Origin: Candidatus Pacearchaeota archaeon | GTDB taxonomy: Archaea > Nanobdellota > Nanobdellia > Pacearchaeales > GW2011-AR1 | Direction of reading: 5' to 3' | NCBI GenBank assembly: GCA_038885615.1 | Contig: JAVZZP010000002.1 | Location: 698-64,697 of the forward strand | Length of the DNA: 64,000 nucleotides | Made by a program: the position numbers and the translations under genes | The notes under the pieces: model-generated | The model's input: only the letters and a program-made list of their open reading frames with translations | Databases searched by the model: none | What the model was told of the DNA's origin: nothing | In this document: positions 8,184-18,097 of the stretch, one piece after another | How positions within the stretch are numbered: position 1 is the first letter of the stretch | How the letters are laid out: every line of letters begins with the position of its first letter

Positions 8184-10244
8184 ATGCCAGAAAAAAAAGC
8201 ATGTTTGATTATTACAGAGAAACCGCAAGCAGCAGAAAAGATAGCTTTTGCTCTTTCCGATGGAAAAGACAGAAAAATTAAAGAAAAAAGTGGCGTTAGT
8301 TATTTTGAATTTGAGAAAAACGGGGAAAAATTTTTTGTTGGTTGTGCTGCGGGGCATTTATTTGGTTTAAAGCAAAAAAACGGGAAAGGTGAATTTCCTT
8401 CTTTTGATATAGAGTGGGTTCCTTCTTATGAAACAAAAGAGGCCTCTTTTACAAAGAAATTTTATGATTTGCTTAAAAAATTAATTAAAAATTCAGATGA
8501 GTTTATTGTTGCTACTGACTATGATGTTGAAGGAGAAGTTATTGGTTGGAATGTTCTAAGGTTTTTAGGAAAAAAAGATTTAGACAAGCAGGCAAAGAGA
8601 ATGAAATTCTCGTCTTTAACAAAAGAAGAATTAAAAAAATCTTTTGAAAATCTTTTACCGACAATAAATTGGGGAGAAGCAGTAGCGGGAGAAACAAGAC
8701 ATTATTTAGACTGGTTTTATGGAATAAATCTTTCGAGAGGTTTGATGAAGGCCATTTCAGAAACAGGAAAATTTCAAATTTTATCTATCGGTAGAGTGCA
8801 AGGACCAGCATTAAAAATAATTTACGACAAAGAATTAGAAATAAGAAATTTTAAACCAGAACCTTATTGGCATGTTTTTATTAAAGTTAAAGATGGAAAA
8901 AATCAATATTTAGAACTACTATATGAAAAAGTTATTAGGGAGGAAAAAGAGCTTTCTAAGTTTAATCTGCTTAAAGGACAGAAAGGAATTGCAAAAACCG
9001 AATTTAAAGAAGAAAAAATTTCTCCACCACTACCTTTTGATTTAACAACTTTGCAGACAGAATGCTACAAAAATTTTGGTTTAACCCCCTCGCAAACGCT
9101 AAGAATTGCTCAAAATCTTTATTTAGAGGGTTTAATTTCTTATCCGAGAACATCTTCTCAAAAATTTCCTAATATAAATCTAAAGGAGATTTTAGAAAAA
9201 CTGAAATCTTACACTGATTTGGTTAAATTTGCTGTTCGTGAAAAACCAACAGAAGGAAAAAAAACCGATCCGGCTCATCCAGCAATTTATCCTACAGGTG
9301 AATTGAAAAAGTTGGAAGGAAAAGAAAGGCAGGTTTATGATTTAATTGTGAGAAGGTTTATTTCTTGTTTTTCTGAAGATGCCTCTGTTTTGAAAAAGAA
9401 AGTTTCTGTTAGTGTTTTAAATTTTGTTTTTTTAACTAATGGTGTTGAGTTTAAGAAAAAAGGCTGGATGTATGTCTATCCTTCTTCTGTTAAAGAGAAG
9501 GAAATTCCGACAATAGAAGGAGAAGTAGACATAAAAGAAATAAGAATAGAACAAAAACAAACCCAACCGCCAAATCGTTATAATCCTTCATCTTTAGTTA
9601 AAGAGCTTGAAAAAAGAAATCTAGGAACGAAGGCGACGAGAGCAGCAATAATAGAAACTCTTTATGATAGGGGCTATATAAAAGGAAATCAAATAGAGAT
9701 AACTCCCTTAGGAATTAAAGTTGTTGAAAGTTTGCTTCATGTTTCTCCTATAATCTTAGATGAAAAACTAACAAGAGAGTTTGAAAAAGAAATGGAAAAC
9801 ATTTCAAAAAAGAAGAAAAGTTGGTTTGATAGCCAGAAAAAAGTTATTGAAAAAGCAAAAGAAAACATTATTCAAATAACAAATTTAATGAAAGAAAACT
9901 TTAAGAAAATTGGCGAGGAGCTTTTAGAAGCAAGAAATGAAATAATAAAGAAAGAAAACGAGGAGAAAAATTTGACATTATGCCCTGTCTGTAAGAAGGG
10001 AAATTTAAGAATTTCTTTCAATAAAAATGCTAAAAGATTTTTTATTTCTTGTTCAAATTATCCTGAATGCAAAACAACTTTTTCTTTGCCGCCAAATTCT
10101 TTAATAAAACCTTCAAAAAACGAGCAAGGGGAAATGGAGATGTGTCCAGACTGCAAAGATTTCCCTTTAATGCTTTCATTAAAGAAAGGAAAGAGGCCTT
10201 GGAAGTTTTGTTTTAATCCCGCTTGTCCTGGGAAGAAGGTTTAA
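8184..10244 (+). CDS. type IA DNA topoisomerase (Topo I/III-like) with C-terminal Zn ribbons
   Basis: TOPRIM N-terminus, catalytic-Tyr region LISYPRTSSQ, C-terminal CPVCKKGN / CPDCKD zinc ribbons. Confidence 0.85.
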   Translation: MPEKKACLIITEKPQAAEKIAFALSDGKDRKIKEKSGVSYFEFEKNGEKFFVGCAAGHLFGLKQKNGKGEFPSFDIEWVPSYETKEASFTKKFYDLLKKLIKNSDEFIVATDYDVEGEVIGWNVLRFLGKKDLDKQAKRMKFSSLTKEELKKSFENLLPTINWGEAVAGETRHYLDWFYGINLSRGLMKAISETGKFQILSIGRVQGPALKIIYDKELEIRNFKPEPYWHVFIKVKDGKNQYLELLYEKVIREEKELSKFNLLKGQKGIAKTEFKEEKISPPLPFDLTTLQTECYKNFGLTPSQTLRIAQNLYLEGLISYPRTSSQKFPNINLKEILEKLKSYTDLVKFAVREKPTEGKKTDPAHPAIYPTGELKKLEGKERQVYDLIVRRFISCFSEDASVLKKKVSVSVLNFVFLTNGVEFKKKGWMYVYPSSVKEKEIPTIEGEVDIKEIRIEQKQTQPPNRYNPSSLVKELEKRNLGTKATRAAIIETLYDRGYIKGNQIEITPLGIKVVESLLHVSPIILDEKLTREFEKEMENISKKKKSWFDSQKKVIEKAKENIIQITNLMKENFKKIGEELLEARNEIIKKENEEKNLTLCPVCKKGNLRISFNKNAKRFFISCSNYPECKTTFSLPPNSLIKPSKNEQGEMEMCPDCKDFPLMLSLKKGKRPWKFCFNPACPGKKV

Positions 10245-10972
10245 ATCCACCCTCTCTTCCTTATTCCCCCATCATAAATCTCGAAGTCAATTTGTTTTTC
10301 TGGGAGAGAGCGATGTTTTCTCAAAATTAAAGTTCTTTTTTCGTTGGATTTTTTTAATTCTACTAGACATTTTGACCAATACTTTAATAAATCTCCCCCG
10401 ACCATTGAAACCTCTCTTTCTTTCTGCTCTTCTTCATTTTTAGGAAAAAGAGAATAAACTTGGTTTGTTAAAAGAATGGGAATTTTGTGTTTTCTTGAAA
10501 TTTCATTTAAAACTCTTAACTGTTCAGCCAATTTTTTATTTACTTTTTGTATTTCAGAGGTTATTTCTGTTTTTATAGCATCAGCTAGTTCAATTCTGTA
10601 GAGCATCGCAATGCTATCAACAATTATTAGAGAAATTTCGTTCTTAAGATATTTTGAGAGATTTTTGAATATTTCTTCTTGTTCTTTAAAAGAGGTGGGA
10701 GTTAAAACAAGTATGTTCTGCAAAACTTTTTGAGTTTCTTCTTTATTTTTGTTCAATATTTGATAAACTCTTTCTGTTGAAAAGCCGCCTTCAGTATCAA
10801 TAAATAAAACTTTATTACCTTTCTTTGCTTGAGAAACAGCACATAAAATACACAGGTTTGTCTTCCCGCTTCCGGCAGGCCCATAAAATGTAGTTATGAC
10901 ATCTTTTTCGTAGCCTCCATAAAAGAATTTGTTTAAGTCATAGCTACCAGTAGAGATTCTGTTGTCTTCCAT
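10241..10972 (-). CDS. radB: RadB/KaiC-like RecA-superfamily ATPase (archaeal RadA paralogue)
   Basis: GPAGSGKTNLC Walker A, FIDTEGGFSTERV; about 240 aa without N-terminal HhH domain. Confidence 0.7.
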   Translation of the reverse strand: MEDNRISTGSYDLNKFFYGGYEKDVITTFYGPAGSGKTNLCILCAVSQAKKGNKVLFIDTEGGFSTERVYQILNKNKEETQKVLQNILVLTPTSFKEQEEIFKNLSKYLKNEISLIIVDSIAMLYRIELADAIKTEITSEIQKVNKKLAEQLRVLNEISRKHKIPILLTNQVYSLFPKNEEEQKEREVSMVGGDLLKYWSKCLVELKKSNEKRTLILRKHRSLPEKQIDFEIYDGGIRKRGWI

Positions 10973-11055
10973 AAATTTAAATAATGGTCAGTGGATTTTA
11001 AAGGATTTGTATAATTCTTTTCTAAAAACCGAAAGATTTATAAAGTATATATTTT

Positions 11056-11571
11056 ATGTATATACATGTAAATTATACAAAAAAGCAATACAAAATGGAT
11101 ATATTTGACAATAAAATACTATGTAAAAAATGCGGAAAAGAGATGGAGAAAGTTTTAATTCAGAAAAACGGCTTTAATTTAAGAGCTGTGAAATGTTCTA
11201 AATGCAACGAGGTTGTTTATCATCCGGATGATTTAAGAGAGTACGAGGAATTTATGAAACTTAAAGAAAAAGAATTCAATGTTAAAATGAGGATGGTTGG
11301 GAATTCTTATGCGGTTTCAATTCCAAAAGAAATAGTTGATTTTATGAAAGAGCAAGAAAAAATAATGAATAATGTTGTTAGGATGTGTTTTGAGGAAGCA
11401 GGAAAAATAAGTTTAAAGTTTAATGTTTCTCCTGAAAACTCAAGAGTTGTCGGTTTTAAAGAGGCGAGAGTTATAAAAAATGGGAAACCTGTTTTTTATG
11501 CAAGAAGAATTTATGATTCTGCAAATCCTCAACTAAATAAAGCGGAGGTTTATAGGGATGACGAAGAGTGA
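11056..11571 (+). CDS. Zn-ribbon + SpoVT/AbrB-like swapped-hairpin domain protein (likely true start MDIFDNK near 11095)
   Basis: CKKCGKEM...CSKCNE zinc ribbon; [14 protein letters not shown] AbrB/MazE-like motif; overlaps cdc48 start by 14 nt. Confidence 0.4.
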   Translation: MYIHVNYTKKQYKMDIFDNKILCKKCGKEMEKVLIQKNGFNLRAVKCSKCNEVVYHPDDLREYEEFMKLKEKEFNVKMRMVGNSYAVSIPKEIVDFMKEQEKIMNNVVRMCFEEAGKISLKFNVSPENSRVVGFKEARVIKNGKPVFYARRIYDSANPQLNKAEVYRDDEE

Positions 11572-13855
11572 AGAACTAAAGTTAAAGGTTGCTGAGGCAA
11601 TACAAGAAGATGTTTATAAAGGAATTGCCAGGATAGATAATAGCTTAATGAAAAAATTAGATTTGCAAAGAGGAGATATTATTTTAATCAGGGGTGGAAG
11701 AGAAAGTTTTGTTGTGGTGGATAGAGCATACCCTGCGGATGAAGGGGCGGGTTTAATAAGGATTGATGGAATTACAAGAAAAAACGCTAAAACAGGTATA
11801 GGTGAATTAGTTTCTATAAAAAAAGCTGACTTGAAGCCATTGAAAAAAATAATAATTGCTCCTGCCCAGCAAGGAATTATGGTTCAAGGGAGTGCAGACA
11901 ATTTTAGAAGATCTTTATTAGGAAGACCATTTGTCAAAGGAGACATTTTTGTAATGGGAACTGGAAGAAAGAAGAGGGATATTTTTAATGAGGAATTTGA
12001 AGGTTTCGATGACTTTTTTGGTGATTTATTTAGCCAGTTTGGAATGGGAATGCCTGCTTTGAGTCAAATAAGATTTGTTGTTGTTTCTACTTCTCCTAAT
12101 CAGCCGGGAATTGTCAGTGAAGACACTGAGATTGTTTTAAATCCCAAAGCAGTTGAAGTTAGTGAGACGGAAAGTGCTGTGCCACAAGTTACATATGAGG
12201 ATATTGGTGGTCTAACAGAAGAAGTTAAGAAAATAAGAGAGATGGTTGAACTGCCTTTAAAGCATCCAGAAATTTTTGCCCGTCTTGGAATTGAGCCACC
12301 GAAAGGAGTTTTGCTTTATGGGCCTCCTGGAACAGGTAAGACATTATTGGCAAAAGCAGTTGCAAACGAAAGTGAGGCAAATTTTATCTTATTGAATGGA
12401 CCTGAAATTATGTCTAAGTTTTATGGTGAGTCAGAAAAAAAAGTTAGAGATATCTTCGAAGAAGCAAGCAAAAATTCGCCGGCTATAATTTTTATTGATG
12501 AGATTGATGCTATTGCTCCAAAAAGAGAGGATGTTCAGGGAGAGGTTGAGAGAAGAGTTGTCTCTCAATTATTAACGATGATGGATGGTTTGCAGTCAAG
12601 AGGGAAGGTTATTGTTATTGGGGCAACAAATAGACCGAACGCTTTGGACCCTGCTTTAAGAAGGCCTGGAAGATTTGATAGGGAAATTGAAGTCGGTGTT
12701 CCAGACAGAGAGGGAAGATTACAGATTTTAAAGATTCATACTAGAGGGATGCCCTTAGATAAAGATGTTTCTTTAGAGGAACTTGCGAATAGAACCCATG
12801 GCTTCGTAGGAGCAGATCTTCAAGCTTTAACAAAAGAAGCTGCGATGTCTTGTTTAAGAAGGAATTTAGACAAGTTTAACTTAGATAAAGAAGAAGTAAT
12901 CCCAGAAAAAGTTTTGCAGTCTTTGAAAATTACAAAAGAGGATTTTGAAAACGCTCTGAAAGTTGTTCGCCCAAGTGCCATGAGAGAGGTTTTAGTTGAG
13001 ACTCCAAATGTGAAATGGGAAGATGTTGGTGGAATAGAGAGCACAAAAAGAGAGTTAAGAGAGGCAATAGAATGGCCTTTGAAATTTCCAGAAGCATTTA
13101 AAAGAATGGGAATTAGAGCACCGAAAGGAGTTTTGCTTTATGGACCTCCTGGAACAGGTAAGACATTATTGGCAAAAGCAGTTGCAAACGAAAGCGAGGC
13201 AAATTTTATACAGGTTAAGGGTCCTGAACTATTAAGCATGTGGGTTGGTAAGTCAGAGGAAGGAGTGAGAAAAGTTTTTGAAAGGGCAAGACAAGTTTCT
13301 CCTTGTGTTATATTCTTTGATGAGATTGACTCTTTAGCAGGAAGAAGAGGGCTTCATGAAGGCGGTTCAAAAGTTACGGAATCTGTTTTAAATCAAATGC
13401 TCGCAGAAATGGACGGGATTGAAGAATTGAGTAATGTTGTAGTTATAGGAGCAACAAATAGGCCTGATATGTTGGACCCTGCTTTGCTAAGACCTGGAAG
13501 ATTTGACAGAATTGTTTTTGTTCCTGTACCTGATGAAAAGGGCAGGTTGGATATTTTAAAGATTCACACAAGAAATACTCCGATAGAAAATAAAGAAAAA
13601 CTTATTGAAAAGTTGGCAAAAGAAACAGAGGGCTATACTGGTGCTGATTTAGAAGCTCTTGTAAGAGAAGCAGCAATGTTGGCTTTAAGAGAAAATAAAG
13701 AGGCAAAAGAAGTCAAAGAAGAGCATTTCAAGAAAGCTATGGAGAAAGTTGCGCCTTCTGTAACAAAAAGCGATTTAGAAAGGTACAAAAACATAGAGAA
13801 AAAATACTTGAGAAGTGCAAAATCTGCTCTTCCTGAAACAAGTTATACTGGTTAA
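11558..13855 (+). CDS. cdc48: CDC48/VCP-like AAA+ ATPase (two AAA domains)
   Basis: Two [17 protein letters not shown] Walker A modules, FIDEIDA/FFDEIDS Walker B, SRH regions. Confidence 0.9.
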   Translation: MTKSEELKLKVAEAIQEDVYKGIARIDNSLMKKLDLQRGDIILIRGGRESFVVVDRAYPADEGAGLIRIDGITRKNAKTGIGELVSIKKADLKPLKKIIIAPAQQGIMVQGSADNFRRSLLGRPFVKGDIFVMGTGRKKRDIFNEEFEGFDDFFGDLFSQFGMGMPALSQIRFVVVSTSPNQPGIVSEDTEIVLNPKAVEVSETESAVPQVTYEDIGGLTEEVKKIREMVELPLKHPEIFARLGIEPPKGVLLYGPPGTGKTLLAKAVANESEANFILLNGPEIMSKFYGESEKKVRDIFEEASKNSPAIIFIDEIDAIAPKREDVQGEVERRVVSQLLTMMDGLQSRGKVIVIGATNRPNALDPALRRPGRFDREIEVGVPDREGRLQILKIHTRGMPLDKDVSLEELANRTHGFVGADLQALTKEAAMSCLRRNLDKFNLDKEEVIPEKVLQSLKITKEDFENALKVVRPSAMREVLVETPNVKWEDVGGIESTKRELREAIEWPLKFPEAFKRMGIRAPKGVLLYGPPGTGKTLLAKAVANESEANFIQVKGPELLSMWVGKSEEGVRKVFERARQVSPCVIFFDEIDSLAGRRGLHEGGSKVTESVLNQMLAEMDGIEELSNVVVIGATNRPDMLDPALLRPGRFDRIVFVPVPDEKGRLDILKIHTRNTPIENKEKLIEKLAKETEGYTGADLEALVREAAMLALRENKEAKEVKEEHFKKAMEKVAPSVTKSDLERYKNIEKKYLRSAKSALPETSYTG
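12297..12387. repeat. intragenic direct repeat copy 1 (cdc48 D1 P-loop region)
   Basis: About 91 nt identical to 13119..13209 except 2 mismatches. Confidence 0.7.
13119..13209. repeat. intragenic direct repeat copy 2 (cdc48 D2 P-loop region)
   Basis: See copy 1. Confidence 0.7.
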
Positions 13856-13908
13856 AAGTTATACTCAAAATCAATAAAATTTAAAAATTATTATTTGTTT
13901 ATCATTTT

Positions 13909-14409
13909 ATGCCAATTGATTATCTTGTTGAAATTTTTAAGCTGAATGGCGGAGGTAATCTAAGTGAAATTGAAAAGTACTGTCTTGTTTCAGATTTTCC
14001 TTTTTCTGTAGGCTTGGGCAGATGCGATATATCCTGTGAAGAAAATTCTATTTTTTTAGATTGTCCTAAGAGGATTTTGATAAAAGATTGTTCTGTTTCT
14101 TCTTCTCATGGAGTTATTAATTTTAGCAGCGACGGTTCTTTTTCTTATCATGATAATGGAAGTACTAATGGGAGCTATTTAGCTAGGAAGGATGGTGAAA
14201 GTTTAGTGATTGACCAAGAAAGAATTTCAAAGGTTTTTGGGAGAGATCTTTATATTGTTTTATCTCAGAGCATTCTTTTACACATTTACTCCCATACAAG
14301 AGATTATGCAAATACTCAAAGAATAAACAAACCAGAAGGACTTTTGCCTATAAATTCAAACCCTATTCCTTCTAAAAAAAGAAGTATTGTTATAAAACTC
14401 CCTAAATAA
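13909..14409 (+). CDS. FHA-domain-like protein
   Basis: GRCDI...SSSHGVI...HDNGSTNGSYL...FGRDLYIV pattern resembles FHA phosphopeptide-binding domain. Confidence 0.45.
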   Translation: MPIDYLVEIFKLNGGGNLSEIEKYCLVSDFPFSVGLGRCDISCEENSIFLDCPKRILIKDCSVSSSHGVINFSSDGSFSYHDNGSTNGSYLARKDGESLVIDQERISKVFGRDLYIVLSQSILLHIYSHTRDYANTQRINKPEGLLPINSNPIPSKKRSIVIKLPK

Positions 14410-14467
14410 TTTATTACTTTTATATGGTAACAAAAGAAAGATTTAAAAAGGTTTTTTTATACAAGAT

Positions 14468-14851
14468 ATGGGCTTAACAAATAATCAAAGGCAGAATAAA
14501 TTTGCTTCATGTTTGGATGATGTTGTTAGCGCTCTTTCTAGAAAGTTGAATAGGAATGTAGGAATACTAAGAGCAGACGACTCTTATATTTTTTATTTGC
14601 CACGTAATTTTGCAGGTCGTTTCAAAGAGCAGAAACACAGAATAGAGAAGGGTTTTCAGGATAATTATTTAGCAGAAATTAATCTAGATAAAGGTAGTTC
14701 TGTAATAGTAAAAGTAATAAACAGAAATGCAGGCTATCTCGTTGAGAATTTAATAAAAGGATACTGCGAAGAAGAAGGTTTTAATTTAGTAATTTTAGAA
14801 GATAAAAAAAATGAAAACTTATGTTATGCAGATTTTGAGAGGGCTAATTAG
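14468..14851 (+). CDS. hypothetical protein
   Basis: ORF only. Confidence 0.3.
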   Translation: MGLTNNQRQNKFASCLDDVVSALSRKLNRNVGILRADDSYIFYLPRNFAGRFKEQKHRIEKGFQDNYLAEINLDKGSSVIVKVINRNAGYLVENLIKGYCEEEGFNLVILEDKKNENLCYADFERAN

Positions 14852-15731
14852 TGGTAGTAGTATATTTTTTTCCTTCAAAGAAAACCAAAGTTTCTTCCGC
14901 TTGGCTTACAGGCATTTTTGATTTTTCAACAAGTATTGGAAAATTGTAAATAATTTTTTCTTTTTCGAGGAAAGATAAATATATTGATTTGAAACCTTCT
15001 TTTTCTAACCATCTTTTACAGAAAGGTTTTGTTTTATAATTCTCTTTAATAAACTCCAAAAGTTTTCTTGCTTCAATATTGCGCGGTTTTTTATTTTCTT
15101 CTATCAACATAAAAATTTCTGAAGGAGAACTTTCAATAACTTCCCCAATTCCTGTTGTTAAAAAAGGTTCAATTGCAATTGCTTTTTCTTTTAGCAAGGT
15201 TTCGTCTTTGTTTTTAATGTTTGGTATAGAAGGGTTTGCATGAATTTTATATTGTTCAAGAGAATGGCCTGTTAAATTTTTCACTATACTGAATTTTTTT
15301 TCTTTAAGTAAATCTGAAATTTTTTCCCCGATGTCACAGACTCTGCTTTCATAATTTATTTTTTCTATTGTTTCTTTTAAAATATTTTCATTAAGTTTAA
15401 TCATTTCCTCGAATTCTTTTTTTTCTGTTAAATCTAATGAAAAGGCCAAATCAGCAATAAAACCTTTGATTTCAACACCAAAATCAACTTTTAGCAATCC
15501 TCTTGCTTTTTTTTCATCTTTTAGAGAAGGGGTGTAATGAGCGGCAACCTCATTTAGAGATAGATTTACTGGAAAGGCGGGCTTTCCGTCGAGTTCTTCT
15601 ATGTTCTTTTCAATAAATTCTGCAATTTCAACTAAAAGCATGTCTTTTTCTATAAAGTTTTTTGCTTTTTCTCTCACTTCAGAAGCTATCTTTCCAGCTT
15701 TAATGTAACTTTCAAATTCTTCTTTCTTCAT
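14844..15731 (-). CDS. map: methionine aminopeptidase (M24, archaeal type 2)
   Basis: KIASEVREKA...NEVAAHYTP...FGVEIKGFIADLAFS pita-bread metal-site motifs. Confidence 0.8.
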   Translation of the reverse strand: MKKEEFESYIKAGKIASEVREKAKNFIEKDMLLVEIAEFIEKNIEELDGKPAFPVNLSLNEVAAHYTPSLKDEKKARGLLKVDFGVEIKGFIADLAFSLDLTEKKEFEEMIKLNENILKETIEKINYESRVCDIGEKISDLLKEKKFSIVKNLTGHSLEQYKIHANPSIPNIKNKDETLLKEKAIAIEPFLTTGIGEVIESSPSEIFMLIEENKKPRNIEARKLLEFIKENYKTKPFCKRWLEKEGFKSIYLSFLEKEKIIYNFPILVEKSKMPVSQAEETLVFFEGKKYTTTTN

Positions 15732-15763
15732 ATTTTTTCTGAAACAACAAATATTATAAAGTT

Positions 15764-16060
15764 TTGTTTTTTTATTATCATATGGGAGAAAATCTGCCTA
15801 TGTATAATTCAGGTGAGAAAGGTCTTTATCAAGAAGGTTTGATTAAACATCTCAAAGAGCAGAATAGATATTTGAGAAAAACCATAAGATCTATACTTGA
15901 AAAAATTGTTGGAAAAGAAATAAATTCAAATGAAGACATAGAATTATCAATGAGCTGTTTTTTTTCTTATTGGCCAGATATTCATAGAATAAGAGAGGAA
16001 TATAGTAAGGGGTACAATTCACCTAAAACAGCTGATGAAGAGCAAATAGACTTTTTCTAA
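15764..16060 (+). CDS. hypothetical protein
   Basis: ORF only. Confidence 0.3.
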   Translation: MFFYYHMGENLPMYNSGEKGLYQEGLIKHLKEQNRYLRKTIRSILEKIVGKEINSNEDIELSMSCFFSYWPDIHRIREEYSKGYNSPKTADEEQIDFF

Positions 16061-16539
16061 TTTTTTATTCTTCTCTCTTTTGGCAGATAATTATAAATTT
16101 TATTTTCTTTTATTTTTCCTGTCCCTATGAAATCATTTTTAAATTTTAAAGCAATAATCTCGCTTTTTATTTTTTCTTTTTGTTTTTCACTAAGAGCTAT
16201 TGCTTCTCCTTTGAACCATTGGTTTTTTTGTTCTTCGTCAATTTCAATTATTGATTTTTTTATTTGATCTTTGAAATAATGTAATGCATCAAGAGAAAGA
16301 CGAGTTTCTTTTATATTTTTTTTAATATTTACGATGTCTTTTATAGTATAAAGTCCAATTCCTTCAATCATAAAACTCCTCCATATTTTTTTTATTTCTT
16401 CTTTGTCAAGATGACCGCTAAACATTCTTATTTTTTCGCTTGTTCTTATGAATAAGTTTTCTGTTTTTAACTTGCCCAAATAAGACAATCTTTCTAGGAC
16501 TTCTTCTTTTTCTTTTTTGTTTAGAATTTCGATTTTCAT
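16057..16539 (-). CDS. hypothetical protein, possibly Nip7-like (C-terminal PUA-like segment)
   Basis: Size and C-terminal G-x-G-K beta-rich segment; 4-nt overlap with upstream kinase gene. Confidence 0.3.
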   Translation of the reverse strand: MKIEILNKKEKEEVLERLSYLGKLKTENLFIRTSEKIRMFSGHLDKEEIKKIWRSFMIEGIGLYTIKDIVNIKKNIKETRLSLDALHYFKDQIKKSIIEIDEEQKNQWFKGEAIALSEKQKEKIKSEIIALKFKNDFIGTGKIKENKIYNYLPKERRIKN

Positions 16540-17087
16540 TTTATTTTATTAATTATTTCTTCTACTATTTTTTCTGGAGTTTTATTTTCAGTATAAATAA
16601 TAATGTCACAGTTTTTCTTTAAAACTACTGGAAATCTTTTGTAGTTTTTTATTGTTTTGTACAACATAAAAAATTTATTATAATTTTTGAAATGTTTTCT
16701 TTTAGATTCTCTTTTAAATAAAATAATAATTGAGCTAAGGCTGATTTTTGAAGGAAGAAGCCCAACCACAAGAGATCTTTTTTTTGCTATTTCCATGACT
16801 TTTTTTGATGCTTCTTTAAATTTTTTTGAAGTAAAAGATCCACCAGAAAGATCAAAAACAAAATTTTTTTCTTTTTTGTATACTTTTTCTATTAGAGAAT
16901 ATCCTTTCTTCTCTATTATTTGGCTTATTTTTCCTGTTTTTATTGCCTTGTCTAAACCGCCTTCTTTTTTTAAAGCTTTGTTACCTATTTCATCTGAGGA
17001 AATATATTTTAGTTTTAGTTTTTTTGCTAGTAACTTTGATACCGTCGTTTTTCCTACAGAACGAGGACCGGTTATTGTAATTTTCAT
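16536..17087 (-). CDS. P-loop NMP kinase family protein (cytidylate kinase / Fap7-like)
   Basis: MKITITGPRSVGKTTVSKLLAKKL resembles archaeal CMP kinase / adenylate kinase 6 N-termini. Confidence 0.5.
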   Translation of the reverse strand: MKITITGPRSVGKTTVSKLLAKKLKLKYISSDEIGNKALKKEGGLDKAIKTGKISQIIEKKGYSLIEKVYKKEKNFVFDLSGGSFTSKKFKEASKKVMEIAKKRSLVVGLLPSKISLSSIIILFKRESKRKHFKNYNKFFMLYKTIKNYKRFPVVLKKNCDIIIYTENKTPEKIVEEIINKIK

Positions 17088-18097
17088 TTTTTCCTCAGCT
17101 TTGCTAAAAAAAATCCGTCGCTATCGTTATCTTGCGGATAGATTCTTTTGCAAAATTTAATTTTTTCATCGAATTTTTTTCCTTCCCATTCTAAAATACC
17201 TGGGCGTGTTTTCATCGGAATTTCGAAATCTTCAATTTCTAAATTAAAGTTTCTTAACATAAAATCAACAACTTCTTCGTTTTCTTCGGGTGTTAAAGTA
17301 CATGTCGAATAAACCAAGGTTCCACTTTCTTTTAGCAGAGGAATAGCAGAGGCACATATCTTTTTTTGTTGTTGCGACAAGTTTTTTATAAAATTTAAGT
17401 TCCATATTTCAATAGTGTGAGGGCTTTTTCTTATAGTTCCTTCGCCCGAACAAGGTACATCTAGAAGAATTTTGTCAAATTTTAATTTTATTTTTTTAGA
17501 CCATATCTTACAGAATTGAACAGCGTCTTTTCTTGTTACAATAGTGTTTGTAACACCACATTTTTCTAAGTTTGCATTTAGAATCATTGTTCTATCTATT
17601 GTTAAATCATTAGCAATTATTGTTCCTTTGTTTTTCATCATGGCAGCCATTTGTGTTGTTTTTGAACCTGGAGAAGCACATAAATCGAGTACTAGTTCAT
17701 TTTCTTTTGGGCCTAGTGCTATAGGAGACATCATTGAGGAAATGTCTTGTACATAATAATAACCCAAAACATGTTCGAGGGTTTTTCCTAATTCGCCAGG
17801 CTTTAGATTTGTTTCTTTTTCAATAATAAGAATTTCTGGATAGTTTTCAAAAGGTTGTTTTATTTTCCAACCATAAGAAATTAATCTTTTTTGTAGTTCA
17901 TTTGGAGAAATTTTAAGAGTGTTACATCTTATAGAATCTATTGCTTCTTTTTGGCAAAATTCCCAGAATTTTTTTCTGTCTTCTTCGTTTGGGAGAAGTT
18001 TTCTTATTCTCTCTTCGAAGAGAGGTTTCATTTGAAAGGTCTTTTCTGCCATTTTAAAACAATTTCTCCTGTTTTTCTTCATTAAAAGCTTTTTCAA
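17084..18097 (-). CDS. NOL1/NOP2/Sun-family RNA cytosine-C5 methyltransferase (probable true start near 18052)
   Basis: LDLCASPGSKT SAM motif, catalytic ILLDVPCSGEG and YSTCTL motifs. Confidence 0.85.
   Translation of the reverse strand: MKKLLMKKNRRNCFKMAEKTFQMKPLFEERIRKLLPNEEDRKKFWEFCQKEAIDSIRCNTLKISPNELQKRLISYGWKIKQPFENYPEILIIEKETNLKPGELGKTLEHVLGYYYVQDISSMMSPIALGPKENELVLDLCASPGSKTTQMAAMMKNKGTIIANDLTIDRTMILNANLEKCGVTNTIVTRKDAVQFCKIWSKKIKLKFDKILLDVPCSGEGTIRKSPHTIEIWNLNFIKNLSQQQKKICASAIPLLKESGTLVYSTCTLTPEENEEVVDFMLRNFNLEIEDFEIPMKTRPGILEWEGKKFDEKIKFCKRIYPQDNDSDGFFLAKLRKK

Noticed and set aside
7298-8357. ORFs 7298..7483, 7651..7884, 7738..7920, 8115..8357
   Set aside because: They overlap or lie antisense to the Cys-rich protein and topoisomerase genes or the promoter region; no domain signal.
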